A stretch of DNA of 64,000 nt from Chrysomallon squamiferum. Its lineage: Eukaryota > Animalia > Mollusca. A program made the translations under genes and the position numbers. The notes beneath the pieces are model-generated. The model was not told where the DNA came from. It saw nothing but the letters and a program-made list of their open reading frames with translations, and made no database searches. Within the stretch, counting starts at the first letter, position 1. Every line of letters starts with the position of its first letter. The stretch covers positions 4,278,001 through 4,342,000 of the forward strand of contig CM022673.1 of assembly GCA_012295275.1 (NCBI GenBank), written 5' to 3'. Below are positions 13,913 to 28,869 of the stretch, piece by piece.

Positions 13913-16900
13913 ATGGCGGATTATTGGGGATTTGTGCTTTTAACTGTATTAATTTTACGGCCTGTATGTGTTGATAGCTTTATTGCAGGACTGTATTGTG
14001 GTGTTGAAAACTGTTATGAAAGTAAGTTCTTTGTTTCTGAAATGTGTCAATGTTTATTTGGAATATTGTTTTAATCAGGTTTGTCGCACCTGCTGTCATC
14101 ATCATTTAGTAAATGATTTACTGACTTCACTCTTCAGCTTCAGAAAGTTGAACTGAGTTAGACTAATTGAATAATTAACTAAATTACTAATTAGAAGGTA
14201 ATGACTAGAAACTAGGTCTAAGATTTATGTTGTTAATTTATAATACGTTAAACGTTACTGTGCTTAATATAATATTAATTGTTCTGGTATTTGGTTACGT
14301 GTCGTTGTCAATAGTGAATATATAAATTTATACGTCGTGAAATTAAATACTGTACTAGTGTACAGTGTTGTCAGTACTGTTTGGAAAGAACAGTGTGTTA
14401 TGTGTAAAATATACTGCCTTGTGACATTATGTGTAAATCTGATTACTGAAGCATACTTACTCCTTAGGCTTACCGTCAACAATATGGTCCTTAAAATAAA
14501 ACGTTTTTAAGCCAAGTTGAAGTTGAAGTTCATGAAAAATAAATGGTATTACTAATTCATCAAAAACTCTGATCAAGTTCGCATGCATGACTGATCAGAG
14601 GTCAGTGTGTATGTCACTTTGTATTATAAACACAAAGTGTTGCTTATTCATTAATGATATTTAATAATACGTCTGGCTAAATATTTTGTATAATTAAACC
14701 TTTAAAATTATTTTAGTTTTAGTTTTCTAATTATGAAACGTTCATAAAAAATATGAAAATAATAATTATGTTCACACTATAGAATTATTAATGTTTATTT
14801 CAATCAATTATTACATATTTCTATTATCTTGTCTTTTTTTCTTTTTTTTTTTCTTCTTTTAACTTTCCAGTACTTGGTGTAACAAGAGATTCTTCAAGGG
14901 TAAGATATTTTTGATATTTGAGTTCCACTAAACTAAAGATTAAATAGTTATTTTTTCAAATAATAATATTTTTTTGTTGTTCAAGAAGTAATCAAGTTTT
15001 ATTACCTTATCATTTAGAATTTGAGAATAATTTGATAGACAAGGAATATTAGAGACTTTATTTCTCTGTTAATTACTGTATTATGTGTTTATTATTTTGA
15101 TCTACTTTCTGACTAAACTGTTTATGTTCATAGCAGTAAATTAATTTTCATTATTCAACCTGGAGAAAACTAATAACAAACAAATAATATATATGTATAT
15201 TTACCTATAGGCTATAGCATTATAGAATTTGCATTTAATGTTTACAGAGTGAGATTGTTAAGGCATATCGGAAACTAGCAAGAAAATGGCATCCAGATAT
15301 GCACAAAACCGAAGTAGGTGACTTACATAAAAAATACTTTTATTTTAAGTAATTATTAATGTTTGTATAAATCTTCAGACATTTTTTCTTATTTTAGATA
15401 TCATTGTTTTAAATGTATTTTCATAAATATTATTATTATTACATGGATATTTCATATATGGGGGAAAAAAAGTTTGTAATTTCTTGTGTTTATGTTTTAT
15501 ATCATATTATGTTTATTAAGGATCTAGTGTTAAATTTATAAATACATATTAGTAGAAATTATGTTAGCTTGTAGCTATATGCGTAAAAATAGCTCCAATA
15601 ACAGAAATAAATTGTACATTTTTTTTTTTTTTTTTTATAGGAAACAAAAGAGGCAGCCAATACTATGTTTCAGAAGATAGCAAATGCTTATGAGGTAATA
15701 AAAATTAGCATATTTTTATAGCTTTTATTACAGAATAATGTTTTTCATTTTTGAGGATCAGAACTATGTTTTTAATAAATTTTAATTGGAAATGTTAATG
15801 TTATATCAATGGTCCTTCTGTAATGAATGTATAATCATACTGCACAATTTGAAAATAATTTGTTTTCCATGTTTTAAATATTGTTTTAATTATTTATTTA
15901 TGTATAAATATTTTTTAAGTTAATGTATGTTTCATTATTATTATTTAAGTATTTTTAAATTTTATTGTATTTATTTATTTACTTTTTTTTTCAGATCTTA
16001 CGTGATGAAGAACAGAGAGAAGATTATAATTACATGTTAGACAATCCAGGTAAAATATAACAATTTTTTTTGTATTTATTTACACATAAAAATCAGATAT
16101 AAATCCAGATAATAGAATATTTTATATATCTTTTCAAAATAGAATTGTTTGAAAATGATTTAGAATCAGTAAAAAAATATTAAAAAACATTTAAACCTCT
16201 GTATTAATTAATTACATTTTTTCCAATGGAATATTTCTGTTTCCATAATAGAAATCAGTTGAATTTTCTTTCTAACTGTAATTTTTAATTTCATTTACTT
16301 CTTAACTTTTTTTCTTTATTTTTTTTAGATGAATATTATTCTATTTACTTCCATTACTATCGAAGGAGAGTGGCTCCAAAGGTGGACATAAGAATTGTTG
16401 TAGCAGTAACTATAACAGTCATTTCCATTATTCAGGTACTTATATAAATAACAATACAATGATCATTTCACAAGTTTTATATCAGTTAATAAAAAACATT
16501 TTAATTGTCTCCCCAACTTTAATCTTTTGAAATATATCAGTATAATTTATGATTTTTATTTCATTCTGATTTAGAGCAACTGCAATGAAGCTTTACTGTT
16601 ATGGTTGTGCTTGGACAGTTGTATAAAAAGACATATTACATTAGAATACATTATGCTAATTAGCTTACTATATTACTATTGCACCATTGAGGAGCATCGA
16701 ACTGTTACAGTGCCATTAATTATATCTATAAACAGATGAAATACTGCACACTGTTATTTTCAAATTCATTCTGTTCATTCTTTGATATTTACATCTTCAT
16801 TGGTTCTGAAAACACAAGAAATTATTTACACTAAATAGAAAACCTGGACATCTTTATTTTTCACATCACTGTGAGATAAATCCAGGATGTGTGTGACTAG

Positions 16901-19574
16901 TGACACTGAATCAGGTCTCAAGTTGCATGGCTAAGTACTGAGCTTCAGCCAACACATTTTTTGTTAAATTTTCTTAAGATATACCTTATCTCTTTGGTCC
17001 TGTGACAAAATGAACTGATATTGATCTTTGGTTTTTGAGCACTTTTATTTATTTTTTTAATGGCATTGTTTAGAAGTTTGAATTGATTACAATACAGTTA
17101 GATATTAATTACCATCTGTGTTGTTTACGTTTATGTTAGTTACAGTTGTATAAAGAAGCTGTGCAGTTACTAATGTTATCCTCTCATTTGATACCCATGC
17201 CATCTGTCACACAACAACACTGGGAGTGAGCTGCTAATCTAGTCTACCTAGTGAGTGTACAATAATGTGTGTGTAATAAATGGGAGATAAAATACTGTTA
17301 TAGCCCCTTTGCACTGAATTGTTTTAATCGCAGTATTTTATTATTATTATTATTATTATTATTGCAGTATTTAGGAGCTTGGAACAATTACAATACAGCT
17401 ATTAATTACTTATGTAAAGAGACGAAATACAGGACAAAAGCTGTGGACATTGCCAAAAGTGAAGGAATATGGAATGTCAAGAAGAAAGAGAAGAGAAGTA
17501 AGGTTGTACTCTTTACATTGCTTATATATTTAATTTTTTTTTTATTATTACTATTGTTTTGCTTTAATTTTAAGGGGATTAAAAAAAAAAAAAAATTAAA
17601 AAAAGATTTTTGAGGCAAATAGTAAAGCCAAAAAGTTTCTGATTACCTTCACTAATAAATGCTTTATATTGCAAAATATTGACTAGATCATTAGATGTAT
17701 AATCATTTTTTAAATTACTCAAATAAAAAGAATTGGGACTTGTATACTAACTGTTACTTATAAATATTTCACTTATTTCATGTGATAAATCTATAAAGTG
17801 TAAAAAAAATGAAATAAAAGTTTTGAGTTTCTGTTTATTAAAAACTAATGAAAGAAAAATGTTATATTTTGTTATTTTTTATTTATTTTTATTTTTTTTC
17901 CCCTTATATATAAAAATTTTGGAATGTTTTAAATTCACTTTGACATAACTTCTTCTTGTTCACATATTCATACAGGCAGAAATACGCGAAGAGGAAGAAG
18001 CAATTATTCGTAAAATAATTGAAGAAAACTTGGATATACGGTAAAAAAAGATTTCATTTAATTTTATTCTTAGTAATATTCCTGGTTTTTTAAAATTTAC
18101 AATCAAATAATGCCTTAATATTTAAAAACAGTAACTGTCTTTCGGTGTTACTTTGATATGTTAACAAAAGATATAAAATTAATAGATTTGTTTTCTAATA
18201 TAGTTATTTTTATTATTATTTTATTTTTAAATTTTATTGTAATTCCGTATATCTTTTTTTATATTTTGTTGCTAAACTTTGCTAATAATAAAGTATGATG
18301 GTGAAGTAGTACTTCTAAGATAACTCATGACTTCTGCTATATTTTTTTAATAGACAGAAGACAATTAGTGTGACAGAAACTTATTTAGCTATATGTATGT
18401 TAAAATGTTCAAAATTTTGGCATTATTTCCCAATATTTTGTCAAAAAATAAATAAATAAATAAGAGTGATTTGTTGAAGAGGAAATACTAACTCGCGTTT
18501 AGAACAGCATTTAAAAAAAAAACTGAATAGTTGGAGTTTCATTGTTAAAAACACTCCTGAAATATCTAAAGAATATTGATAAACATTACATAATTAACTA
18601 TTTAAAATATAATATTGACATTTCTGGGGGGTTTTTCAGAGGAGGTTACAGCAAACCATCTTACACAGATGTGCTGTGGATACAGCTGGTGCTGCTGCCT
18701 TACTACATAGTGATGTATATATACTGGTGGTTAAGATGGATATGGAAGTTTTACATACTTAGAAATGAGTACGGAGATGAAGAAAAATTATATCTTATTA
18801 AGAAATATATGAAACTTAACAAGTCTCAGTGGGATGTGAGTATATGTAGACATATTATACAGACATAAAATAAAAAATAATTTCTCAATGTTCGTGATGA
18901 TATGTGTTTTATATGTAATAATAGATAAACAGTTGAAAAAATATTGGTGATATGTTGAAGAGTATATTTGTATAGGTGTTAATATTGTTACTAAAATAAA
19001 ATGTTTTCATTAAAAAACGATCAAGCCTATTTGTAGGTGACTAGTTATATAGATGTTGTTTATGTTTTTATTTTTATTTTATTTATAATTTTTTATTTTT
19101 ACATATTTTATTTTTTTTATCCTTACAGGCAATAGAAGAATACGAAAAGAAAAATTTTTTAACTCAAGAGTTATGGAAAAAAGAAAAGTTTAAGGTATAC
19201 ATTTACAATCTATCTTACAAAGATGTTTTATGCTGCAAAAATGTTTTTATATGCATGCACATAAGCATAAATATATACCTGCAGTCCTATCAGAAAAACA
19301 TTTTATTCTTAAATGTCTTCAAATATATATTTCAAACTTGAAAACCCTAATCCTAAAAGATTTCTGCTTTTCTCAGGTTTTAAATATTTGGGATTTTATT
19401 ACTACTATTATTATTATTATTGTTATTGTTATTGTTATTATCATCATCTAGGTCTGGTTCCAAAAACAAGAAGAAGAAAGAAAGATCAAACTGGCTGAGA
19501 GTGCTAGATACAAGAGTTACCGAAGATACATGAAGAAAGGTGGAGCTGGGCAGTTGACATTTGGTCCTGAATGA
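13913..19574 (+). CDS. DNAJC25: DnaJ homolog subfamily C member 25 (11 exons)
   Basis: Exons 13913-14021, 14871-14899, 15248-15313, 15641-15694, ~15994-16049, 16329-16435, ~17368-17502, 17976-18040, 18640-18835, 19129-19193, 19452-19574. Signal peptide, GLYCGVENCYEILGV, J-domain AYRKLARKWHPD, ANAYEILRDEEQREDYNYMLDNP, YYRRRVAPKVD, Trp-rich membrane segment, C-terminal RYKSYRRYMKKGGAGQLTF. Confidence 0.95.
16764..17046. repeat. Dispersed repeat copy A (DNAJC25 intron 6), inverted relative to 20337-20592
   Basis: Reverse complement matches 20337-20592 over long exact stretches, e.g. gaatcaggtctcaagttgcatggctaagtactgagcttcagcc. Confidence 0.9.
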
Positions 19575-20336
19575 ATGAACAAATTACAAAAAGAACAAAT
19601 ATTTTATTCACAAAGGTGCTGGGAGTTTTTTAAATGTTGTACACTTTTTGTTGTTTTGACTGGTGCTGGCGTGTATATCAAGTTTTATTATTTATATTTA
19701 TTTTCAGTATATTGTCTCAATATTTTATAGCCTGCCTTCACAAAATATTCATAATTTTTTCATTTGTTTTTTTTTTTCATTCTTTTTTATCAGTCTTGTT
19801 AGCACTCATTAATTATACACCTCAGATTGTTACAATAAAGAGAATTCCAGATAATGCAGAAGATCTGATTTTTAGGGCACTATGGCAGTGAATGCGTATC
19901 ACAAAAGAAACCACTTACATTCACTTTTTCTTTTCAAAACTTAACACGTTTAGCATTTGTTTTTTCTAATTTCAGTAATGTTTGTTTCCCTATAACAGTG
20001 CAATACAGTCTTTATCCAAAAAGAATTTTTCATTATTAAAAAAATAATAATAATAAGATAATGTTATTTTCAAAGTGCTAGACCATTTTTACTCGAAAGG
20101 ATGTTAGTCAGGCAATCAAATGATTGATTTTGAAAAATAAATACTGGTATGTTAAAATACAGGAACCTGGCTTAAGTATGTGACCAGTCAATCCAGGTTT
20201 TAAACTGCATTTTGGCTGATTGGAGTTGTGGACATTTACAGATTTCAGACTCCATACGCTTCCCTTTGATTTCTCATTTGTTAAAGTTGGCAAAAAATTC
20301 TCAGAAAATGAGTCATCCAGCAGATAACCAATCATA

Positions 20337-20592
20337 AAAGTGCTCAAAAACCAAAGATCAGTATCAGTTAATTTTGTCACAGGACCAAAGAGATAAGGTA
20401 TATCTTAAGAAAATTTTTAAAAAATGTTTTGGCTGAAGCTCAGTACTTAGCCATGCAACTTGAGACCTGATTCAGTGTGACTAGTCACAGTGATGTGAAA
20501 AATAAAGATGTCCAAGTTTTTTATTTAGTGTAAATAATTCCGTGTGTTTTCAGAACCAATGATGTAAATATAAAAGAATGAACAGAATGAAT
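20337..20592. repeat. Dispersed repeat copy B (downstream of DNAJC25 stop), inverted relative to 16764-17046
   Basis: ggctgaagctcagtacttagccatgcaacttgagacctgattc and aaaagtgctcaaaaaccaaagatca match copy A in reverse; it lacks a ~20-bp internal segment present in A. Confidence 0.9.
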
Positions 20593-23159
20593 CTGTAACT
20601 GACAGAATATTTAATGTTATGTAACTTAACAAAAGTAACTTTGTCTCATAAATATTTAAAATTCATTTCAGAACAAGGCAACTTGATAGTAAAGCATTGT
20701 GATAATTGTGCCCTCCACTTACACTTTAAATGTGTTTAAAATAAACCAAATTATGATTAGTTCACTGAATTAATCATGAAAATGCTCATCATACTTATTT
20801 CTTCATGATACAAGAATACGATTGTATGTAAATAATATCTAGGCCAAGTTTTATGTTACTTTAAAAGTTTTTATAACATCATGTTTATGATTCGCTGGAA
20901 TTATGTTGTAAAATTTGCTTTTATATCAATAATCAAGTAATTAAGTATATATTAAGTTTTGTTGAAACTGCATTTTTCATCATACAAATAATCTTACTTT
21001 TCAGATTAAATTGCTCAATATGTTATTACAAAAGCTTTGTTTATAGCTTTTAGAGTAAGAAAACATTTTAGATTCATTTGTAAATGTGTTTTTAACTTCA
21101 TTCTGAAATGTTAGTTTTCATTTTAATCAGTTTTAATTATAATGATGCTTTAAATTAAAAACTTGATTATTTGAACAAACAAGCAGGTATTTCAAGATGC
21201 AAAGTTAGGCTAATTTCTTATTTAAATAATAGTGGTGTGAACAAACATACATTTTTTTTTTAATTCTTCAAAGTGATTGGTTTAGTATATCTCCACACCA
21301 ATCTTTGCCAATAATAAAGTATGAAAATAACATAACTAGTCTTAGTTTATTGCATTGATACATATTTATTGATATTTTTCTTCCTTTATTATTAGTAAAG
21401 GTAATGTTTTGTAACTCATAACACAACAGATATGTCTGCTGTTTGTTCCTATCTCGATAAGTACTTTTCATTATAGTGTTGTTTATGAAAACAGAACATG
21501 AATCTCCCATCTTTATTTATTTATTTTTTTGTATGTTTTATTTGAAGACCAAATTTGTTCATCAGTTCTTTTACCATCACTGTTCAAGAAAAATATTATG
21601 TCTGTTTATCCTTACAGCAAAAGACAACGAAATTAGGAATCATAATTTGTTTGCTTTGTTGATTCCTGATCATAATTTTAAACTGTTATTGTTAGAATTT
21701 ATAATTTCTTAATAGATTTGATATCTTGATGAGCAGTAAATAATGTAAAAAAATAACAACTGGTAAATTATATTAACAATACATAATGTCTGTGTATATA
21801 TGCATACAATGCAGAATATATAGCTATTTCACCTTCCAAACTAGAGGAATCAGGCACTGTTCTTAATAGTTAATAGATAGCTGTATACATCGATGTAAAA
21901 ATGTAAATTTATATCCTGTTTCATTTATTCATTATCATGTGTGTTTAATTCTAATCATTGGTTGAATGGGTCCAGAGAAAATTGTAAGACTGGTACAAGA
22001 AATTTATCAGTATGAAAAACGTAACGGGTCACACTATACTTAAATATTGTATCGGGGCCATCCCAATTTAAACTGTTTTGTTAAACAGAACTTTAGTCAT
22101 GTTTGTCCAATTTTAATGGCACAGGTAGCTGCAACTTAATTGTCACTATTGTCATGTAGTAGAAAAACTGAAAAATTATCTAGATTTGAATTTGGGATTT
22201 TTATATATATATAAAATAATAATAATACAGTTAATACAATTATTAATTTGAATCATTTGAGAAATTATTGCTTTTTTAAATTTATTTCTTAATTACAAAT
22301 TTTGAAATATGGAATATGGATAATAGAAATTTTTTCTTTATTTTCTATTAAACATTTTAAAAATCTACACTTATTATCTGGCCACTTTAGCACAATATTT
22401 TTTTTATTTTTTTATTATTTGTGATTGATTGTCAGGGTAATGCTTTAAGTGTTCCATTTTCTTTAGTTCTCATTCTCAGTTTTGGATTTGTACTTAAATT
22501 TTAATATTTTTTTAATTTTAGCATCATTAGCATTTCACTTTAAAAAAATTCTAAAGCACAAAATGTAAACTTACAAACAACAGTTCTTTATGCACATATA
22601 AGGAATTTTATTTGGTTCTTGGTAACAGCAAACCATTTATTTATTTATTGAAATGTAGATACTTACATTGTAGTAAAATGTTGAGCTTTTTTAGGTCACT
22701 TTTATTCCTATTTAGAGAATTTTCTTTATGGTTTCATTTCATCTGTTGTGTTCATTATTACCTATTAACAAATGTCCATATTTTTAATTGTTATGTTTGG
22801 GGAAAGAATGTTTTATTACAAAATTCAGCTTATATGAACTGTGATAAATGCATATTTGGTTTTGTTTCAGACAAACTTGTGTTTAATAAATACTGTATCA
22901 AGCAGGTGTCTTTTGCCATAATGTCAGTGATCAGATCTTGTGAACAATAAAGTAAAAAGTACCAGTTAGCAATAACATAAAACAAATTTCATATAATTAC
23001 ATGAGATACAAAACCCACTTCTACCACACTGTATCCATTAGTAACCAGGTATTTTATAAATATATATATATAAATAACCATCCAAGCAACTGTGGGCATA
23101 AGTGGCTACAGATTAGTCCAAAGTGTTAAGTTTTAAAATAAAATGCTATTCAAGAGAGT

Positions 23160-23460
23160 GGAAGGAGGTAAATATTTTATTTAACAACATGCCCATCATG
23201 TTTTTTTGTTTTTTTACAATTTTATGCTGTTAGATACAAGGTTAAGGACACTCAGATATCAAAGGAAGCTTACTGCTTCCAACTCGAGGGTTACTCTTTC
23301 CAGCTAGCAGCAATGGATCTTGTATGCCATCCCATAAACTGTATAGATAAAACAACAATCTTTGTTATACTAGTTGACAAACATTAGCTACAGTGAGAAA
23401 TAACTCAGTGGGTCCACCCCTCAACTTACTGCACACTGGGTGGATGTTCTACTGACTTGT
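23160..23460. mobile_element. Decayed SINE-like interspersed repeat
   Basis: gaaggaggtaaatattttatttaacaac...ggttaaggacactcagatat...tagcagcaatggatct...catccca...tgggtccacc resembles an abundant gastropod repeat (recalled, not searched); CpGs decayed. Confidence 0.5.
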
Positions 23461-24599
23461 CTCTCCTCTCCTGCTTAAGAAAAATAAAAAAAAACTTTGC
23501 TAGTTCTTTCTTTTTCTCTTTTTAAAAGTAATATATATTGATTACAAGATACCAAGACTGGTCTATAGTTTAACATTTTTTTTTTTTTTTTTTTAAAGTA
23601 TACTTATAAACTTAATAGGTTTAACTAGTGCTTCTTCATAATTTTAAATGTCAAACGGTATCCTTTGATAATATTTCATTCAAAAGGCTTAGGCACACCT
23701 ATTTTTGTAGGATACACAGTAACAATAAAAAATAAAAAATTTGTTTAACTCATTTTAATGTACATACATTACATTCAAGATGTGCAATTCAACCAGAACA
23801 TAAGAAATAAAAATATCTTTTATTCTTTCCTTTTTGAAGCCTACATCTGTTTTTGTGTATAATTATGACAGTGTTTGCTGAAAGTAATGACATCAGGACC
23901 TAAAAATTTTCACCAACTTAGACTCTAAGCTTCTGATATGAAAAAATCTATTTATAGATTGGTTTGTATTTCCTAAGACTGTCAAAAGCAATTATCAATA
24001 AATAATTATAATCTGCTATAAACAAAATTAATGAAGCAGATTTTTTCACTCGTAAACAAAATCAGGTTACTGTTTTGTATTTACAAAGCAAAACTGAAAG
24101 AAAAAAATTCAAAATGAAATTAAATATAACTTGGTAGTAATATTTAGATTTTGTGGTAAGTTCCTGTGGTTCACAAGATGCAAACTTGATACCAAAACAA
24201 GTGACATGGTTAATGATATCACAAAAATGAATGATCACATTGTTTTTAATAATATAAATACGTAAAATTACATCAACATCCCCCGCTAATGCTGTGATTA
24301 GGTTCCTGAAAACCATATGATAGGTGAAACTGATTTTACACAATTACGTAAATAATGTTTCTTTAGTATATTTCTGGCCAAATAATTATATTCTTACAGT
24401 TACCGAATAACCCCCCGCCAAAAAAAATACAACCAAAAAACAATCCTCTGCTAAAAAATTCTGAAATAAATGTATACTTCATTAAGACAAATAAATAAAA
24501 ATAAAACAATTTTTTTATTTTTGTTTTTCTGCTGATGTAGTAGTGGATGTAGTGGTGGTGGTTGGCAGGTAGGGAGACTAGTGAGTCCCCAGTTCCCCT

Positions 24600-24797
24600 T
24601 CATAATCAGTTAAGGGAAATGAAGAAATTATGTCTCTCATAATCAGTTACAGGTGAAGAAGAAACTAGGTCCTTCCCATCAGCAGTTACAGGCAGAGAAG
24701 AAATCGGGTTCATCTATCTCATCATCAGTTGCAGGAAGAAGAAATTATGTCTCTCATAATAAGTTACAGGTAAAGAAGAAACTAGGTCCATCTCATA
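24600..24797. repeat. Imperfect minisatellite, ~36-42-bp unit, ~5 copies
   Basis: Recurring gaagaaa...tctcat..cagttacagg unit. Confidence 0.8.
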
Positions 24798-25565
24798 GTA
24801 GTGAAAGGTATAGAAGCTTGGTGCTTAAAGGATCTTTGTTAAAGGAGAATCGGTGTCCATTTTAAATTTTGTAACAGAAATGCCTGATGGGTTGTTAAAC
24901 AGATGTTTGAAGAGAGCAAAAAAACCACTGAACAGTAATTAACATGGTGCCTCAAGAGTTTATAGTATCAAGTTAAAGTGCACTTGCTAATTACAGTAAA
25001 TCCAGTCAGAACCACATTTTTCTCTAAGAAATACATCTAAAAATAAAAATAAATAATAGTTAAATATGGATAGAAAATTTCATTACCATAAAACTTTTTT
25101 TTTTTTACCTTATATTCCAATCACTTTTCTGATATATTTATTTTGCACTCCTCAAATAAATTCACAAGTACTACAAGAAGTATACACCTTACAACAGTGG
25201 TTGAAAGTTCCCTCATCCATAAAACAAAACAAGGTTCATCATACACATGTAAGCTGTCTTTTCTTGGAGCAGTTTTGTCCGAAACACCACACCATTTATA
25301 ATGACCTCTTTAACTGTTCACATCTCTCAAAATTAAAATTAAATTAACGTCTTCACTTCATTGTATGAGAGACATCATGTGTAGAATTTGGAATTTTAAA
25401 CAATAGTTTTTCTTCTAAAACAGTAGTAAACAATAATAACAAAAGAAAAACAGAAAACCTCTTAGCATGGATATGTAATTCACAAGACAATGTCAGATAA
25501 GCTGGGTTAACATTACATGTCCCAATCATACATTAAATACGGTTCACTCCAGTCTTGCTGTGGCT

Positions 25566-26453
25566 TTATTTCAATCTCTGTACAATAACAGCGTTTAACA
25601 GTTTAGCTTCTTCTAGTGTCTGTGTGTTGTCTGTGAGTTCCTTGTTCGGAAATGTTGTCTGCAGAATGAACTCTGAACTTGCGTATTGTGGACGGGAACT
25701 AACAGTTGTCAAGGAAATAAGCTTTAAGAAAACAAACAATGCAGTTTAATATAATTTAATCAATATCAAAAAAATAAAAACTGTTATTTAGACATTATGT
25801 AAAAAATCAAGAATATAATTAAGTCTATGTAAAAAAAAAAAAATTTGAAATATAATTAATTTAGTATTCAATAAAAAAAAAAATAATAATAATAATAATA
25901 AATAGATAGATATTAATTTAGACTATTTAATAAATAAAAAATATAAATAAATTAATATCTGAAACATAACTATAATTTAGCTAGTATAAATAAAAAATAA
26001 ATAAAATAAGAAATTTTCTTCAATAAAGGAAATTCAAATAAGAAAATCTATTAAAATTTTAGACCTGTAAATATATTTTTTTTAAATTTATCTAGAAATT
26101 TCAAATTTGAGTAGGGAAAGAATTATATATAATAACAGTCATCATGATAATCATGTCATAAAAAAATATAAATAACTGAAATTTTTGTTAATGCTCATAT
26201 AAAGTTATTTTGGTATTTTTACTGATACTGAAACTCCAATTTTATTAAACTCTTTTGAAAGTATCATTCAAACACTGGTTCTTTCCACTTTAAATAGTTA
26301 TTTAAACTTACTGAAATTTAAATAAAATAACAAAAAAGGTAGTTTAAACTAATCCATATAAATTTATGTAAAGGATACGATGTGATGAAATTTCTAATGT
26401 CACTAACTCTGTGTGAATGATTAAATTTGGCAACCAATCTGAAAAAGACAACA

Positions 26454-26534
<81 letters not shown>

Positions 26535-28809
26535 AATAAATAAATAAATAATAATAATAATTTCTTACATCAGGCAAGGTATTTTACAAATAGTTAATAA
26601 GGACTGATGGTATGTACTTGTTTAGAATGTGTACAAAAAATAAATAAATAAAAGTAATATACAGAAATTTGACAAAACAGAGCCTAATATAATGGTGGAG
26701 TTACTTACTGCACTATGGAAACTTTTTAGTAATATGATAATATATCTTATATAGCAAAATAATATATAGCAAATTAAGGATAATTTATTGATCATCAAAT
26801 TTCTGTATGTTATTTTAAAGCAATACATTATCTTAGATTTTTAAGCTCTGACTTGGAATTAATACAATTAAAAAACTTAATTTGTTTAGGATATTTACAT
26901 AAAGGATGAAGTATATGAACAGCAATGCTCCTATTTCAGTAACTAGACACTTATCAAATGCACTTTTATCTTACTGCCAGTGATCTTGTTCAGCATGCGA
27001 TAGATGAATAACAGGTGTATATATCAAATGAATTAAGAAAAATGATACTAATTATTCATTCAACATTCAACAGATACTATAATGATCTAGTAAGGAACAT
27101 GCTTGTTTACCTTGTGCCATCTGCAAGTCTTATTTGAATACTGGTCACTGGTTTGGAATTGTCTACATCTGGACTGACCTCTTTGGTGGTCGATGTAGTA
27201 GTTGCTGTCACAACATGTGGAGCAGGACTATATAAAAGAAAAAATTACAATTTACACATTAAACATAAAATTTGTGTACAGCACTTTTGCGTAAATAATT
27301 CAAGTTTCACAAGAACCATATTAAAATATTTATTAATATTTATTTTTAAAATATCAACATTGAATATACAACACCTGTTGGAATACAATTTTAATTGTTT
27401 TTTTTCTAATATCATTTAGGAACTAGACACTGAAACTACAATCAGTTCATTTTAACTTGGATATCTTCAGGAAATCATTTTTATTGCAGATTTGAATGAT
27501 AATAATAAGCATGATTTATTAATTTTATTAGCATAAATAAACAAAATTTTAAAAAACATGCAAACGTTATAAATATTGTAACACTTCGCTATTGCAGTTA
27601 TAGAACACCAGTATTATTCTGGAAACTGTACAATATGTGAAATACCAACCTGCCCAACAAATGCCCTTCTCCTGTGAAAGCTTTCGTTGAAGTTTTTGGT
27701 TTGACATATTGTTCATTCCTGTGATCTTCCATATTCAGGTTCACCTCTCCACCCCGAGCTTGTCGCACCAATTCCTTTGGCACTTCACTGTAAAATTAAT
27801 ACAAGAAAACAAAAAACATGTCATATTTATTTTCTGAGACATTTTGATTGGCATACATCCATTCATTTACGTTTGTGCACATACACTTGTGCTACACATA
27901 TACACAGGTTTATTCATACCTGTTCATATGTGTGTGTATATATGTATGTATATGTGTGTGTATATATATACAAATACGCACTAATAAATACAAACATACC
28001 AACCCATAAACATATGTATATAAACAAGTGCCTATACAACAGACAGACAAAAAGATAAAAATAATGTGTCAATACAAAATTTATCATCTCTTTCAGGTAA
28101 TTATTATTATAATTATTATTATTATTTTGGTTTTGTTAAACCAAAGGGATTTTAATTTTATCTATTCTCAAAGCAACATGAACAGATATCATTGCAAATT
28201 AATACAAACCCTTTCTTAATGGATTCAAGAAATTCCTGGTTGGTAGCATCATTAAAGTCACGTATAGGCCCATCATCAATACTGAACCCATCTTTCCACA
28301 GTTTTAGCACCATATCAACCTGAAACACCAATCAAAAATAAATTATTTATCCAAATGACTTTTTTTTTTAATAGTCCAAAATACTAAATGCAAATTGCTG
28401 ATGAATTTGAAAAGTATATTTTACAGTACAATTTATATATAATCTGTATTTATTTTACATTTAGTATAATTAATTTTTTTTTCATTTTAGATAAGTGAAA
28501 TGTTATCATAATGCACATTTTGTTATCTAGAACCAAAAATATTTTTATCTTTAATGTTTCAGATAAATGCTGTCCTTAATTTAACACTTCTGTCCTAACT
28601 GTGTGCAAAATAAGCAATCACAAAGTAAATCCAACAGATAATAACTATTTCATGAAACTATCCCAACTCCAAAAGCCTGTTTATAAATATAAATGTACAG
28701 TGTGCCATAAATAATGTTTTTTTTAATTCAAAACACATCAGCTATGCCAGCTGGTATAGATTCAGAACTTTAATTTGTGACTGCTTCATTGAGTCAATTT
28801 GTATGTGAA

Positions 28810-28869
<60 letters not shown>

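Noticed and set aside
23657-23666. Other RTATCCTT matches (here, ~29418, ~50290) as U12 donors
   Set aside because: They are intergenic, antisense to the host gene or in 3' flanks, with no adjoining coding exon.
24600-24797. Regularly spaced ~37-bp repeats, superficially CRISPR-like
   Set aside because: Units are degenerate and contiguous with no unique spacers or cas genes, in eukaryotic DNA; a minisatellite.
26344-26577. Poly-Tyr, poly-Ile and poly-Leu ORFs here and at 2300-2582, 11732-12177, 44069-44290, 58900-59109, 61212-61556
   Set aside because: Translations of (AAT)n, (TTTA)n, (TG)n and similar low-complexity tracts; only embedded true exons were kept.
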